From: Callorhinchus milii
Taxonomy: Eukaryota
Direction: 5' to 3'
Assembly (NCBI RefSeq): GCF_018977255.1
Contig: NW_024704742.1
Location: forward strand, 2,420,001-2,484,000
DNA length: 64,000 nt
A model generated the notes under the pieces. The model saw only the letters and a list, made by a program, of their open reading frames with translations, searched no databases and was not told where the DNA came from. Position 1 is the stretch's first letter. Every line of letters begins with the position of its first letter. The position numbers and the translations under genes are program-made. This document shows positions 23,689 to 36,670 of this stretch, one piece after another.

Positions 23689-24688
23689 AGGTGATTGTTT
23701 ATAGCAGCTTCCTCTGAAAAATTGTGGCCGCACTTGTTACGAATATGGTTCAGTGGACAGTCTGGAAACTTAATTAAGCTATTAATGCCGGTGGAAAGCC
23801 AGAGTAATGTGTGACTACGGCCCCGAGGTAATTAGATCTCTGATACTACAATGACATTGCAGAGGTGGTTGGTTACTCTGTCCGTAATACCACAGTTACA
23901 TCGCAGATACGGTTTGATGCGAAATTGCACTGCATCTTTGAAAGCCGGAGAAGAAACAATCAAAATGAGAGCTATTCACTTTCTATTCGAATTGTAACCA
24001 GATATTAGGCTGTTTCTAGGCCGGGTAATTTAATGGATTGATTTGAAGTGTAAGAATCGACCAAGTGGAATTGCTCTATTGTTCTTAAGAAACCATTAAG
24101 CGCTCAATTGCCTTTCATCATCAGAGGCCGTTCTATCTTTCTGAAATAGTAATAAACAATAGTAATAATCCTTGCGTTTGATATGCGCCTCTGACGCCGG
24201 GAGGACGGTTCAAAATATTTCTCATGGTTCACAGACTTCAGAGGATTGGTGGCTCCTGAACGTTCACACTCGTCTTATAAGCGCTCCGAGACACTGCCTC
24301 GTGTGAAGGGCACTATGTAAGTCCAAGCTGTTGTTGTTGTAGTCTCGGTAAGTCTGTGTTCGATCGATATTTTTATTTCCAGCAGCTACTGAGTAGCAAT
24401 ATTTATGATACGGCCATAAATCAAGAGATACTCCATCAAGAAAAAAGCGATTTGGTTGGCCAAACCCAAAAGGTTACACTGAGGTGGTTTGACGTGAAAT
24501 TGCATTGGATCTTTGAAAACTGAAGGACAAACAATCCGAATGAGAGCTATTCGTTTTCATTTTTAGTTTGTAAAAATATTAGGCTATTTTTAGGCAGGAT
24601 AGCTTAATGGATTGATTCGAAGATTGAGAATCGACCAGCGAGCCTTCACTATTTCAAAGTGTATCCTGTGAAATGATTTCAGCAAGGA

Positions 24689-24720
<32 letters not shown>

Positions 24721-26844
24721 GTTGTTGTATTCTTTTACTATTATAAGTGTCACGACTGTTTTGTGTTGGAATTGCTGTAGCCAATTTGGACACTGTAATG
24801 TCCCACACACAGCCAATGAAGTGAACGGCAAATTTTATCTGTGTGATTGTTGGCCAGGACACAGGGAGAAACTCCCTTTTCTTTTTGAATCGTGCAGTGA
24901 ATGGAGAGTATTAGACGTGCTCATGCTTCAATGGAGACCTGTTTCTCACTCTGGTGCCAAAGTTGCCTCAGGTGATGGAAAGGGCTGAATTCATTCGCAT
25001 GATTCAAACCGAAGAGGACCACCAAGAGAGTCCTTAACTCATGCACAAGGGCTTTGGCTTGCAGGGTTAACAGTAGCCGAGTGGGAAGAATCCATGCGCC
25101 CAATTCACTGTGAAGATCATTGTGTGAATCTGTTATGATCTTCAGCTTCAAAGGGATTGATTCAACACCAAGAAGCCACATTATTATGCAGATCATCTGA
25201 CGTTAAAACAAGGAGTGCAACTTTTGCATTTTTGCACTTAACGCAAACCCTACTTGGTTACATGAATCACAGAAGGAATTCAGCTCAGGACAGGCCAAAG
25301 AAAAATGGCTTATTTATACAGCTTGCTAAATGCCGAGACGGTGGTTAATGTTCCTGAAGTAAAATGTCTGTTGGTATTTTGAACGGAAACGGTTTAAGAG
25401 CCTCGGGGGAGGATAATAATGGGGACAGTACCTGCAGACGTGAATCAGAAAGGCGCTGGTATCGACTTTATCCATTCCAGGCTCTTCATATACCTCGAGG
25501 CAACAGCCATTGCTGGAGTAATAGTTTATAAATTAGTTTAATTTTTTTAAACTTCCTTCCATTTAAATGTAAATTTGTAATGACGTACGATGCGAATGGT
25601 TGAAGCCTTTGCTTCCAGACGGTGCTTTTCTGTCTATGGTTAAGATGCGACAGTTATACCTTGCACGGCGTGTAATTGTCACTTGGGATGGTTTTGTATC
25701 CCGAGCAGTTCGAGACTCTATCCTACGTGAAGGGTGCTGCATAAATGCAAGTTGTTGTTGTTTTCTTGTTTGTAGCTCAACCAGACGTCCAATTCGGTTT
25801 ATCGTGCCCGTGTCGGGTTTTTGATAGAGCTATCCAACTAATCCCACTGCCCTCCTCTTGCCCCATAGCCCCGCAAATCCACTTATTTCACTTTCCCTCA
25901 TTATTGCTTATTTGGGGACCCACCAATGCACACCATTCCACTACAGAGAGGTCCTAGGAAGTGGTAGCAACGAAATGTTAATTTCTCCTTGGGGAATAGA
26001 ATAACTGTACACTTGTAACAGTTATAATTTCCTGTCTGCCCTCTGTGGCAGTGCCATGTCTCGGGTGATGGAAAAAGGCTTGTGTCATTCGCCCGATTCC
26101 AACCAAAAAGGGGCAGGGAGTCATCCCGCTCAGCTCCCGTTAACCCTGGGAAAGCTTGATGGGCAGCAATATCAATGGCAAGCTGTGCAGTTTTAGTTGG
26201 TTAGACTCCAGCAGTTATCCCAGCGCACACGCATGGAATCCTCAGTTTGGTTTGGATGCTCTTCAGCAACGGCGATGGGTTTCCGCGTGTGTCAGACACC
26301 CGGTTGACCAAGAAAAAGATCTCAGCTGCGCTCGAGCTTTTTCGTCTCGTTAAAAAGCCACGTGGAGAGACCGCCTAAGGCACATTCAGGGTGAAGAAGT
26401 TTAGGAAGTTTATTCCTTTGACCCCTTTGGCTCGCTCTGCTCCGCAGCCTGACTGCAACTGTCTGATCACTTCAAACCGAGAGGTCCTTGCTAAAAAAGA
26501 GAGTGATCACAGATGCATCTGGCTGACCAAAAAGAAAAAGTGGTGCGTAACCAGGAGACTTTGGTCTTTACAATTCCATAGCTGGAGTCCATTGGCTCTG
26601 TTTTCAAAGTATTTTGAAACGCCATACATTTTTAAAGTTCCCAACCCCCTCCCCCACCCCCATCATCCTGAGAAATACACGTTGTTAAAGGCTATAGCAC
26701 AGTTTGTAGCCTGTGGACTAAATCCAAACCACCAGATTATTTGAACCAGTCCTGTTAAACTGTTCCCGCATCTCTACAACGCAAGGAATCACATCACCGC
26801 GGTAGATGAGTATACAACGTGTAGCAACACTTACATTTATTTAT

Positions 26845-26966
26845 ATAAGCATTGCGAGGCTAGGCGGAAAGAGCGGAAGGGAGTGGGACTAATTGGGTAG
26901 TTCTTTCAGAACTCAGGCACAGTGGGTTGAATGGACTCCTTCTGTGATGTTGGATTCCATGATTCT
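26845..26966 (+). mobile_element. CR1 LINE 3' end fragment
   Basis: GGAGTGGGACTAATTGGGTAGTTCTTTC...TGGGTTGAATGGACTCCTTCTGTGATG...ATTCCATGATTCTA. Confidence 0.65.
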
Positions 26967-27000
26967 ACGACAAAGTACATCATATCAAAATACGGTGCAT

Positions 27001-27371
27001 GGAGTCCTGTAGCTCAGTGATTAGAGCTCTCGCAAGTAAGCAAGAGGACCCGGTTTTGATTCCCGGGCAGGGCGAAACGTTGGGCTAAGTTTCCTTAGTC
27101 CACACGCCTCTGTTGACTTATCAGTAAGTAGGAACCCAGCTGTTGGTTGATTGGATATTACCCCTTTTCCAGGGGTAATAATCCCTTCAAAGAAAATGTG
27201 GTCACTCAATCCACGACTGTTTGTGGGGACGCTGCTGTGCACAATTGGCTGCCGCGTTTTGCCCTCAAAACATACAGTCAGTTCACTTTACAGTATATTC
27301 TGCGAAGCGCTTTGAGACGTCTCGAAGACGGGATAAGACGCTATCTCAAATGCAAGGATTATTATCATCAT
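27001..27371 (+). mobile_element. tRNA-Ala-like SINE (SINE2-1_CM-like), full length
   Basis: Head GGAGTCCTGTAGCTCAGTGATTAGAGC...GATTCCCGGGCAGGGCGAAAC, body CCACACGCCTCTGTT...GTAGGAACCC, and L2-type tail ending AAATGCAAGGATTATTATCATC. Confidence 0.92.
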
Positions 27372-27967
27372 AAATAATTCTACCTTACTCTGACTCGACA
27401 CAAGCAGAGAGAGTATTTGAATAGATCCAGGCTTCCTCTCTCACGTGTTAAAACGATTGACCTAATTCTGTAGCTTCCCATCATGATATAAGGGCTATTA
27501 ATGATAATTGTAATTATAGATGAATGTTGTTGTTAAACTTGCTGCTTTGTGATTATGTGCACATTGAAGTGGCAAAGATGTATGATATGAGCTGCATGAT
27601 TGTGGTTGGTGTCGTTCTGTTTTATAAATAACATAATTCTAAGAAATATTTGCATAGATTATGTGAAACTTTTTTGTGTTATGGGTGTGCTTTCCTGCTA
27701 TACGCACAACAACTTGGGGTTAAACTCAAGAGACCACCTGGACTGAAGAAGGCCAATGAGTCACTCCTTAGACTGTGACGTTTGCTCTGTTGTGAACTGT
27801 AATCAACATTGTCAATATTTATAAGGAAGGTAATTGACTAGATAACAGCACGGTGTGCAAAAATCTCTACTCAACTAGCCCGTGGGTAATCTAGTACTGA
27901 GGTTAATTAGGGACATGTGGCTTGTACCTCTTTTCTATTCTGAGTTTTGTCTTCAGAGACAACTGGT

Positions 27968-28200
27968 AACATAAGAATATTGGAAATACGAGACGAAAAA
28001 AGACCAAAGTCCATCTAGTTTGCCTTCCACCTGCCTGGTGGGCGCACGTACATAGGTTCCAAACTCCCTCTGTGCTGTATCTCATATTGTTATTTCCTAA
28101 AAGAAAACTATCCAATCTGTATTTGAAAGAATCAGCACTTCCTGCTTCAACCGTCTCCTTAAGAGAACTCCCAAGACCCAACTCTGGATTTCCCAAGACC
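27968..28200 (-). mobile_element. CR1 LINE 3' end
   Basis: Minus ORF ...ETVEAGSADSFKYRLDSFL resembles the CR1 ORF2 end (VVEAxxxxxFKxxLDxxL). The plus strand carries the terminus AACATAAGAA. Confidence 0.75.
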
Positions 28201-28470
28201 CATGTGCTTCACAAGACATACTGTAAAAATTGACTGACTGTGTATTACGTGGGCGAAATGAGGCAACTAGTTTCTTGTCCCACAAATAGCCGTTGAGTGA
28301 GTGCTCAATTTTATTTGGGGGATTGTTGGCCAGGCCACAGGGAGAAACTCCCTTCTCATTTCGTACAGTGCCACGGGATCTTTAAGGACAGCCTGAACTG
28401 GCAGACATGATCTCGGTTTAACAACTCATCCACAGGACAGTACCTCCGACAATGCAGCTGAAGACCAGCC
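28200..28470 (-). mobile_element. DeuSINE fragment
   Basis: TTGTTGGCCAGGCCACAGGGAGAAACTCCCTTCTC...GTGCCACGGGATCTTTAA...CTCGGTTTAACAACTCATCC...CCTCCGACAATGCAGC. Confidence 0.8.
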
Positions 28471-28954
28471 CTAGTCCTCCATTCGGACTCAGTGGCGGGT
28501 GGGGTGGGGGTGGGGGTGGGGGGGAACCAGGATTTACTCCACAATTGCTCTATTCTCTAAGCATTTAAGAGTGGTGGGATTTGGCAAGTTCTTGAATTGA
28601 ATCTCAACTTTGAAGCTAGTTTTCTGTAGGATACACTTACAACAAATTCTCCAAAGTCGATTGAAGAATTTGCCGGAATTCCGATGCTCTAACATACGAA
28701 TAAAACCAGGTGAAATTTCTCCTCCGGACGGACGTAAGTTAACCCGATTTTCAATGTCATAAAAAGCAGGTGTTTACCATGTTTCGTACGGAAAAGAGTA
28801 CATTCGGATGCAGCATAAAGAGCTGTGTCTGAGAATATATTCACTCCTCACTACTGTTTTACTAATGTCCAAGTTCGGTTGTGCCTAATTAATTTTGTAA
28901 TCATGCTTTCTGCTTCTGTAATGGCAGTTTAAATTAAATACCCCACTTATGCTT

Positions 28955-29235
28955 AGACTTCTCTTTTCGCTAATGAAAACAAATTCGGTTCCAGTTGAAG
29001 CCTCTCCTCATAGCGTGGAGTCACAAGTTCCGGGATCGCTCCCATCAGATGTCCCTTAGCTTGTTCAACGTGCCGCAAAATGTTTTGAGAGCATTGCGCC
29101 ACAGGATATTGAAATATTATCTCACTGATGAGGTAGACAGAGACAAGGTCACCCACTGTGACCCCCCCCTCCGAACACAGCGAATTCTGTTACAGCACCC
29201 CTCAGAATAGTACTAATCGAGTTTTATCAACCTGA
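28955..29235 (-). mobile_element. CR1 LINE ORF2 fragment (degenerate)
   Basis: Minus ORF ...AIPELVTPRYEERLQLEPNLFSLAKRE resembles CR1 'IPGLxxLSYEERLxxLxLFSLxKRR'. Confidence 0.65.
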
Positions 29236-30649
29236 GCTCAGACTTCTGCTGTTGACTTGCTAACGTCCTGCTCCAAAGACTAGATGGCTTCCAGGTCAGG
29301 TTGCGGTGGAGATGGCGACACACGCACACTGTAAGCCAAGAAGTGTTACTGCGCTACGTGCAGGAACCTGAGACCCCTATAGCTCAAGATGCTTCACGGG
29401 AACCGATTAGAGTTGTCGCTCATCACTTCACGCTGTCGGAATGTTTCCGCTTACTCGTTTCGTACCCTTCTTTTGAGGCTTTTGACTTAATCGGGTAAAG
29501 TTTCATTGGCATTTTAGAAGATGTGGCCGGCACGAATTGACACCCACCGGATGGTAGCACAGGCCACCCCTCCGCAAACAACGGGAGAGGCCACTCTCCA
29601 GGCCATCATTTGAAATAACGTTCGCTTGAAAGAGAAAAGGGATGCTTAGATCTGAAAAGAAGCCCGTTGTGTTGTCGTACTAGTGTCCATTAATTAAAGG
29701 CAGCAATACGTTTGAAATGCCGCAAACTATACCCCCAAAAAGTTCTGATCAGCACATTACGTGCTTCAAAGTATCTTCTTCCTTGCAGTCGATAAGTACT
29801 GTAGTATCACGATCAGCGAAACCAGTAAAGACCTTGGCAAAACCTCTCTGGTCTCTCTTTACTCCCATAGTCCAATCTCTTCCTATTTATCCTCACCTTC
29901 TCTTCACTGTCAAACCAGTTTTCAATCGGTTGGTTTAAATGGCATTGATCTCACACATTTGGAATTTTAACAGAACCACCCGAAAGTCCAAATCAATTTT
30001 ATATACGCTGAGTGGTCGCTCTCTATTAATTTAGTTCCTTGGCACTAGTTGAACAACTGACACTTATTCGTTCCCTAGAGTTGAATTGCGTGGCGAAAGT
30101 ACAGCAAGATCCCCACACCAAGTTAAAAAGAAAAATCATGTTCTAAACGTTTATGTATTGGGTCCAGGTTTTTTCTTTGAGATCAGAGAACTGGAACTGA
30201 ATTTTATCCTAAAAATCATTGGCTTTAAGAATAGCACTCAGTTTGTTTCAACAGTTTTAAAACAAAAAGCAAAATGCCATCTTTTTTGCCGTCTTGATTC
30301 TTGAAGTTTTAGTTGATTCTATGTTGAAGGCAACGTGCTGAGACTTTCATTATGGTAATCCGAGGGCAAAGAGAGGTAGGTCACTGTCTCCCTTGTGAAG
30401 GCTTACAGTTGAGGAACAGTCAATGAATTCACTGGAGACAGTTAAAGGGACTGAGTTGTCAGAAGTTCTGCCTTGTGCTGTAGTTTGCTCTCAGAAACCA
30501 TCTCATGTCTAACGCCACTGTGCATAAGGTTTATAATTTATCATCTGGGCTTTAATGGATGACAGAGCCAATAAAATAACATATATACATAACACTCTGT
30601 TATTCGTGAAAGTCAACTCAGAAGTACCAAAGTCATAACTACTGCTACT

Positions 30650-30880
30650 GAGTAGGAGGGTGGCTGAAGGCACAGACGAAGAGTAAAGTCTTTAGGTGGG
30701 ACTTGAAGGGGGCAACAGAAGTGGAGGGATTGCGGAATAGAGTTTCAGAGTGTGGGGGAAGAGATGGTGAATGCCCGACTGCCAGTAGTGGGGCAGGAAG
30801 TATGGGGGACCTGAAGCAGGCTGGCATCCAACGAGCGGAGGGAGCACACAGGCTGATATGGGGTTAGGAGGTCGCAGAGG
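30650..30880 (-). mobile_element. L2 LINE 3' fragment
   Basis: Minus ORF ...SVAPFKSHLKTLLF (L2 ORF2 end). Confidence 0.75.
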
Positions 30881-32024
30881 TACCTGTCATCTGACCTTCC
30901 TTAGCTGCTTTGTCTGGGAGGGCAATGGGGGTAAAGAGAGGTGGCTCCTCGGAGATTGTATGGAAAGGTGAATGAGGAAGGAGGAGGGAGAGAAGCAACC
31001 AATATTGTCGACCTCCTAAAAGCATGATACAAAATTAAAACTAGGTCACCTGAATGAACTTCTTCACTGTGCGGGAAGACCTTGATATGGTGCCATTCAT
31101 GGAGGGTAGTGCCTCGGAACACTTCCACAAAACCTGTCAACACGCTCTGAGCCTCTTGCCCATGTGAAGGCTGCTTCATAAATACACATTCTTGTTGTTG
31201 TAGTTGTTGTTGCGTTGTTGTATAAAACCATTTGTTTTTAAGACTGGTAACAGAGCACGTTTTTACCTATGTCATGGGAGGAGTGGGGTGGGGGGGGGGG
31301 GGGGGGGAGGTTGGAGGAGGGGAAAAACACTTTAGTGGGAGGAAAAAATGAGTTCCAGGCTTTGCTGTACGTTTCGAGCACTTAAAGCATGTGCTTAGCA
31401 TTTGCAGCAGATGCATTAGCCAAACAGGATTTGGTTCACCAGCTCCTGGAGCTCAGCTCTGATGGGTTTGCTGGAGGAAATAAGACTGATGCAAATTTAA
31501 TCCCAACAGAACAAGTCTATACATTTTCCTGATCGGCATATGTCCTATATTACACTTGATGGACACCGACCTCATTTCAGCATCTGTCGCCCCAGGCCTG
31601 TTGACACAGTGATTGATGTGATTATATTGCCAGCTTTATAGCTGTAAATATTGTAATGAACCTGCAGTTCATGGATCTAGAACCTGGTGTGTGACTGATT
31701 CTTTTGTGTACGAATCAAGACTTTCTTCAATCTATATACCAAATTAATTTACAAATCTTCTTCATATTAACGGCCCCCAGGAGAAGGCTGCCTTAGGGTA
31801 TTTTTATATAGTTACTTCATATGGAAAATGCACCACGGTTAAAATAAACGATGGCACGGGTCCCTTGGCATCCACGCAGACTCGAAATGAACTCTTTTTA
31901 CTCCTGATTCAAGTTGGTAACAGCTGACAATCATTTACATGTTTAAATATCATTGTTTCATGATCCCAACAGCACGGATAGAAGTTTTTATCCGTGTCCT
32001 GTGCTCAGAGTAGTTACCCAGTGT

Positions 32025-32370
32025 TTGGTGTTCTCCTTGATCCTCCCTGACCTCTCCGCTGCCTTCCGACACTGTTCAGTTCACTCTCCATCATTCTACC
32101 TGTTCCAACGTCATCTATACATCACCTACAATTCGCTCTTATCCTGTGCTCATAGTCAACCCTGCTGTACTCCAGTTCCCTACTCATCTATCTCTACAAT
32201 TCTTCATCTGCCTGTTGCCCCTTTGGCAACATCATGTGCAACCTTGGGATTAGTTTCCATTTGGGTGCTGGTGTTACTCAACTCTGCCTCTCTAGCCCTA
32301 CCGTCTATTCCGGGTTAGTTGCTTACTGCCTGCCTGCCTGTATGACATTAAATGATGAATAAACCATCAT
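32025..32370 (+). mobile_element. L2 LINE reverse transcriptase remnant
   Basis: SLILPDLSAAF/DTV (cf. LLDLSAAFDTV), then GISFHLGAGVTQLCLS (cf. GISFHxYADDTQLYLS), then ACLYDIK. Confidence 0.7.
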
Positions 32371-32384
32371 CTGCAAACCGGGGT

Positions 32385-32600
32385 GTAGTGACTGAAAGCA
32401 TGGACGCCTTGCTGGTGGAGCGATCGGGAAGAGGTACGTGTAAAAAGGCTGGAACCAGCTGAGCGAAGGGGGCGGATGATGGAGTGCGGGTGTAAACAGG
32501 TCAGAGAGGTAGGGAAACGATAAGTCATGACGCGATTTGTAGCTGAGTGTGAGGATCTTGAAATCATTCGGTTCTGCCGTAAGAGTTGGCGGAGGCTGCA
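32385..32600 (-). mobile_element. L2 LINE ORF2 C-terminal fragment
   Basis: Minus ORF ...DFKILTLSYKSRHDLSFPYLSDLFTP (cf. FKILLLTYKALHGLAPPYLSDLLTP). Confidence 0.75.
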
Positions 32601-33767
32601 AGGACTTGGGCAGTGGAGGTTGTTGTTCCCACAATTATGTTTTACGGGGAACTAGTTCCTTCAACGGACTAGCTTTCCAGTCAAAGGGCAAGAGTAAACA
32701 TTTAAAATTCCTTTCCTCTTAAAACACCAGACACAATGCCCTTCGACCCCTTTCTGTTTGAGCGAAAGAGTCACTGACCGTTCAATTCAGTTTTACATCC
32801 GCCATCAAATTACATCTCCGTTGATGGATGATGTTCTGATACAGCTGCCAGATCTTGTAAAAGCCACATCACGGTCCGCAGAAGTTCATTGAGAATTACG
32901 ACCGTCTCTAAACAGAAATTGACCGAAGTGCAAGGTGCTTAAAATCGTGAAAAAAAAACGTACAAGAACGGCCCGAAACAATCAATTTTATTTAACTCCC
33001 TTTGTGACTTGAGAAAATTGTGCTGAGTCGAACTGGACCAAAATTTCCATAAGACTGAATATGACGTTCAACAATAATTGATGCAAAGTAAGGTAGGATA
33101 ACACTATATGCTTGTAACTCTGATGTTGAATGATATATACCGTCTGTGTCTCCATTCCCAAATGGGTTTCAATATTTGTTGAAAGTGAACGATCTGTGGG
33201 ACAAGAAAGGCAGCGAGTCTGCATTACAGTTCTCACAGAGCAAGAATGTAGACATAGACTTCTGTGTAGTACGACTATTCAGCCTTTAGGTTAAAATAGG
33301 CTTTAAAATGGCTTTTTTTTCCTTTCGAATCTTCCTCCTGCTCAGTATATAGAGGAGCCTGTCTATATTGGACAATTTTCTGCATCAAAATTCCCATTAC
33401 TGAATGGCATGTTGTTTTCTGTCCCCCTTATTTTGCTGGTCTTTTGTTTTATGTCACTTTTCCTTGTCCCCGTTTCTCGTCCCTGGTCTTTGTTCTCATA
33501 AATTTTTATGACCTCTATCTGCTGGAAATGTGTGTAACTTTGCCCGCTGCTCAGCTGTGCACCTTCCAGCGGTAATAAAACCTTGTCTCTTACGATCACA
33601 TTTTACCCATGAGATCCCGGGCTCCCGGTTTCATAAACAGGGCCTCATAAGGATCGATCAATACACAGAGATGTGAAGATTAAATGTAGCTGCTCGGTTG
33701 CCATATGAACTAGATCCAAAAGCAGGCATTCTGGCCTGAGGATATTTATCAATATATGTTATTTATA

Positions 33768-34540
33768 ATTATCCTTGCATTTGATATAGCACCTGAGATG
33801 TATTATAGCGCTTCACAGGATACACTGTGAAGTGGATAGACTGTGTGTTTTATGAGTGAACACGACACACAACAGTGTTCCACAAACAGCCATGGAGTGA
33901 GTGACCGGTTTTATTTGGTGGATTGTTGGCTCGGACAGCGGGAGAAACTTCCTTCTCTTTTCGAATCGTGCCCATGAGATCTTAAACGTCCCTGAACAGG
34001 AGGATAATAATAATCCTTGCTATTTGATATGGCGCCTTATCACATCCTCGAGACATCTCAGAGCGCTTCACAGAATATATTGTAAAGTGAATTGACTGTT
34101 TGTTTTGTGGGCGAAAGGCGGCAGCCATTTGCGCACATGCAGTGGCCCACAAACAGTCGTGGATTGAAGTGACCAATTTATTATTTTTTTGGAAGGAATT
34201 ATTACGCCCGGAAAAGCGATCCGCCAATCGACTAACAACCGGGTTCCTACTTACTGCTGGATAAACAGAGGAGTGTGGAGTAAGAAAACCTACCCAACAT
34301 TTTGCCCTTCTGGGAATCGAGCCCGGGTCTTTCGCTTGTGAGGCGAGTGCTCTAACCACTGTGTTACTCCACAAACCTCGGTTAATGTCTCATCCAAAGG
34401 ATGGCATTTTTGACAATTCAGTACATCCCCAGCATTGGAGTATCCAGCCTGGACTATATGGGTTCCACATTCAGACTCGGGGCTTAAAGCCAAACCTTCT
34501 GACTCATCGTCGAGATTGCTACCAACTGAGCCAAACTAAC
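33768..34540 (-). mobile_element. DeuSINE, full length, split by a nested SINE
   Basis: The 3' half (33768-34000) ends at ...GATCTTAAACGTCCCTGAACAGG. The 5' half resumes at ~34373 with AACCTCGGTTAATGTCTCATCC and runs to the head GCTACCAACTGAGCC. Confidence 0.85.
34004..34370 (-). mobile_element. tRNA-Ala-like SINE (SINE2-1_CM-like), full length, nested in DeuSINE
   Basis: Complete head, body and tail, colinear with the copies at 27001 and 41549. Confidence 0.92.
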
Positions 34541-35179
34541 ACAAGTGATTTTCTTATTTTTCCTTATTTAACTTTCAATAATAATAATAATAATAATAAT
34601 AACCTGTATTAAAAGGATCAATGGCATATGCAAGTGTCACTCAAAAAATACAATGGATATTCTACTGCAATTGTTAAGTTTATTGTCGGCCTCCAATTTT
34701 TTTTATTTTCTTGATTCACCTTGGAGTAAGATTCCTCTAGGATTGTCTAATTTATTGTCCCTCGCTCAAATACCATTTCAGTATGTGTAAACCACTTGCT
34801 GGTGAGTGTCAGCGAGAGATTTGGCTTTGCACTGAAGCCAAACCCAATCTGACACTCACTCAGCATCCAGCAACGCGGTGATCAGAAGCCAAATTGGATC
34901 TCTGAATATTTATTACTTTCCTTAGCCCACGAACAATGGGGTTTAGTCACAATACTTTTCTGATCGATAATTTATTCAAGGCAATGGCATTTCTCAATTC
35001 TTCTGCACTTCAGCAGCACAGCAGTTCGTCTGGCGCAAAGTAAGTGAGGGTAGGTTGCAGGTGAAGTGGGGACATTCTTGTTCGCTCTGCTGTGTTTTCG
35101 CTGCTTCCCTGGAGATTTTCTTGAAGGGAATTAGACTCCAAATCATGCCACTTTAACTGCGGTTATTCTGCAGTGCAGC

Positions 35180-35510
35180 GTGACTCAGTGCTCACTATAA
35201 CTGCTCGGAGTGAAGTTTATGTAGTCGATCAGTCCTGGGGGAGCGCTGTGTTGTTGGCAGTTTGGATGAGAGGTTGAACTAAGTTGCTGTCAACCTGTTT
35301 AGGTGGAACTCAAAGAGTACTATTCAAACAGAAGGGAATTTCTCCTGGTGTCCTGGCCGACAATCCTCCAGACTCTTGTGATCCACTTGTGAGATGATAA
35401 AATTAATTTGCATCATGGCTGTTTTGAGGGACAATGCTGTGCATAGTCTTTGCAGAAAACTCATTGAGGTACTTTGAGACATATTAGGCAGCGCATCACA
35501 TGTAAATATT
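35180..35510 (+). mobile_element. DeuSINE, highly degraded
   Basis: TTGGATGAGAGGTTGAAC...CTGTTTAGGTGGA...CTATTCAAACAGAAGGGAATTTCTCCTGGTGTCCTGGCCGACAATCC. Confidence 0.7.
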
Positions 35511-36424
35511 ATTTTTTACTCCAATAACCGACGTAATATGAATTATGATTTGCATCAGATTCAGATCAGTGATTCTGCTTTATTGCCTAACCAGAACGAG
35601 TCACAGGATATCCCAATTCCTGAGCCATTCATTCCCTGTTGCGTTTCTGTTAAATTTTTGGCGATTTCAAGTCCGCCACTACTACAGATTTATTGGGAGG
35701 TGGCGGAGTGATTAACGCAGATGGTTAGTTTCCCGCAAAGCAACCTGATAATTGACAGAGGGGGAGGAAAAATAGTTTCAAACAATAAATCGCTAATAAA
35801 TGTGCTTAGCTTAAATATATAATATTCAAGTGCTCTGGGATGAGGGGTACTGATTGAATGCAATTTTATTTGTAATCAGAAATCAGAGACCAGGGTTTGC
35901 GAAATTAAATTGTTCTTGTTCTGTTTCTTCCTCCTGTCTATTCTCTCAAGCCACTTGCCAAGAAATCAAGCTCCTGCTCGAAAGGTGAAAGGTGCACCAG
36001 AGAGTTTTAGGGCAACACTCCTACCAAGTTTTCCCTCCCCCTCTTTTACCCTTTTCCTGCGCGGAGAGCATTTAGACCCTGCACACCACCTCACTACGGC
36101 AATCAATCTATCAGAATCGCTCCCGACAGGTTGGAAGTTTAATACCGAGTGACTGTGTCCTGCAGCAAATAAATAAAATGTGCGTTTGTCAGATGGCGAG
36201 CTGAGGCTGGTCTCTGGAGACCGAGTGAAACGAACAGTTAGTCACAGACCGAGACCTCACAAGTGGAATAAATTGCGTTCATAGAATTGCAAATAATAAC
36301 AAGAGTTTAAAATCCCAGGTCTGTTATTTCAATGGCTGGACCATGTAGTCATCAAAATAAACACAATATATTATTTTGCGTTTCTGCCTGCTCGATTCCA
36401 GTCCTCCACAGGCTAGAACAACTG

Positions 36425-36670
36425 TAACCATTTACATTTATATAGCATCTTTCCCATCAGTAGGATGCGTCAAAGTGCTTTACGTAGCTGAAGCTGACGG
36501 TGGTGAGGAAGGGTGTGTGTGCGTGTGTGTGGGAGAGATCTGAGGAGGATGGGGGAAAAGGTGACTTAAAGTGCAGTCGAAAAGATAAGACTCGGCGGAC
36601 TTTAAGGCTCAAGAGAGAAGGGTTGAGGCAGAGGGATTCTGCGATGGAGTTCCAGAGCGTAGGGTACAGA
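36425..36670 (-). mobile_element. L2 LINE 3' end
   Basis: TTTACATTTATATAGCATCTTTC...GGATGCGTCAAAGTGCTTTAC...GGGATTCTGCGATGGAGTTCCAGAGCGTAGG. Confidence 0.7.

Noticed and set aside
25110..25144. Hairpin TGAAGATCAT/ATGATCTTCA as a pre-miRNA
   Set aside because: The stem is too short for a pre-miRNA and matches no mature miRNA I recognise
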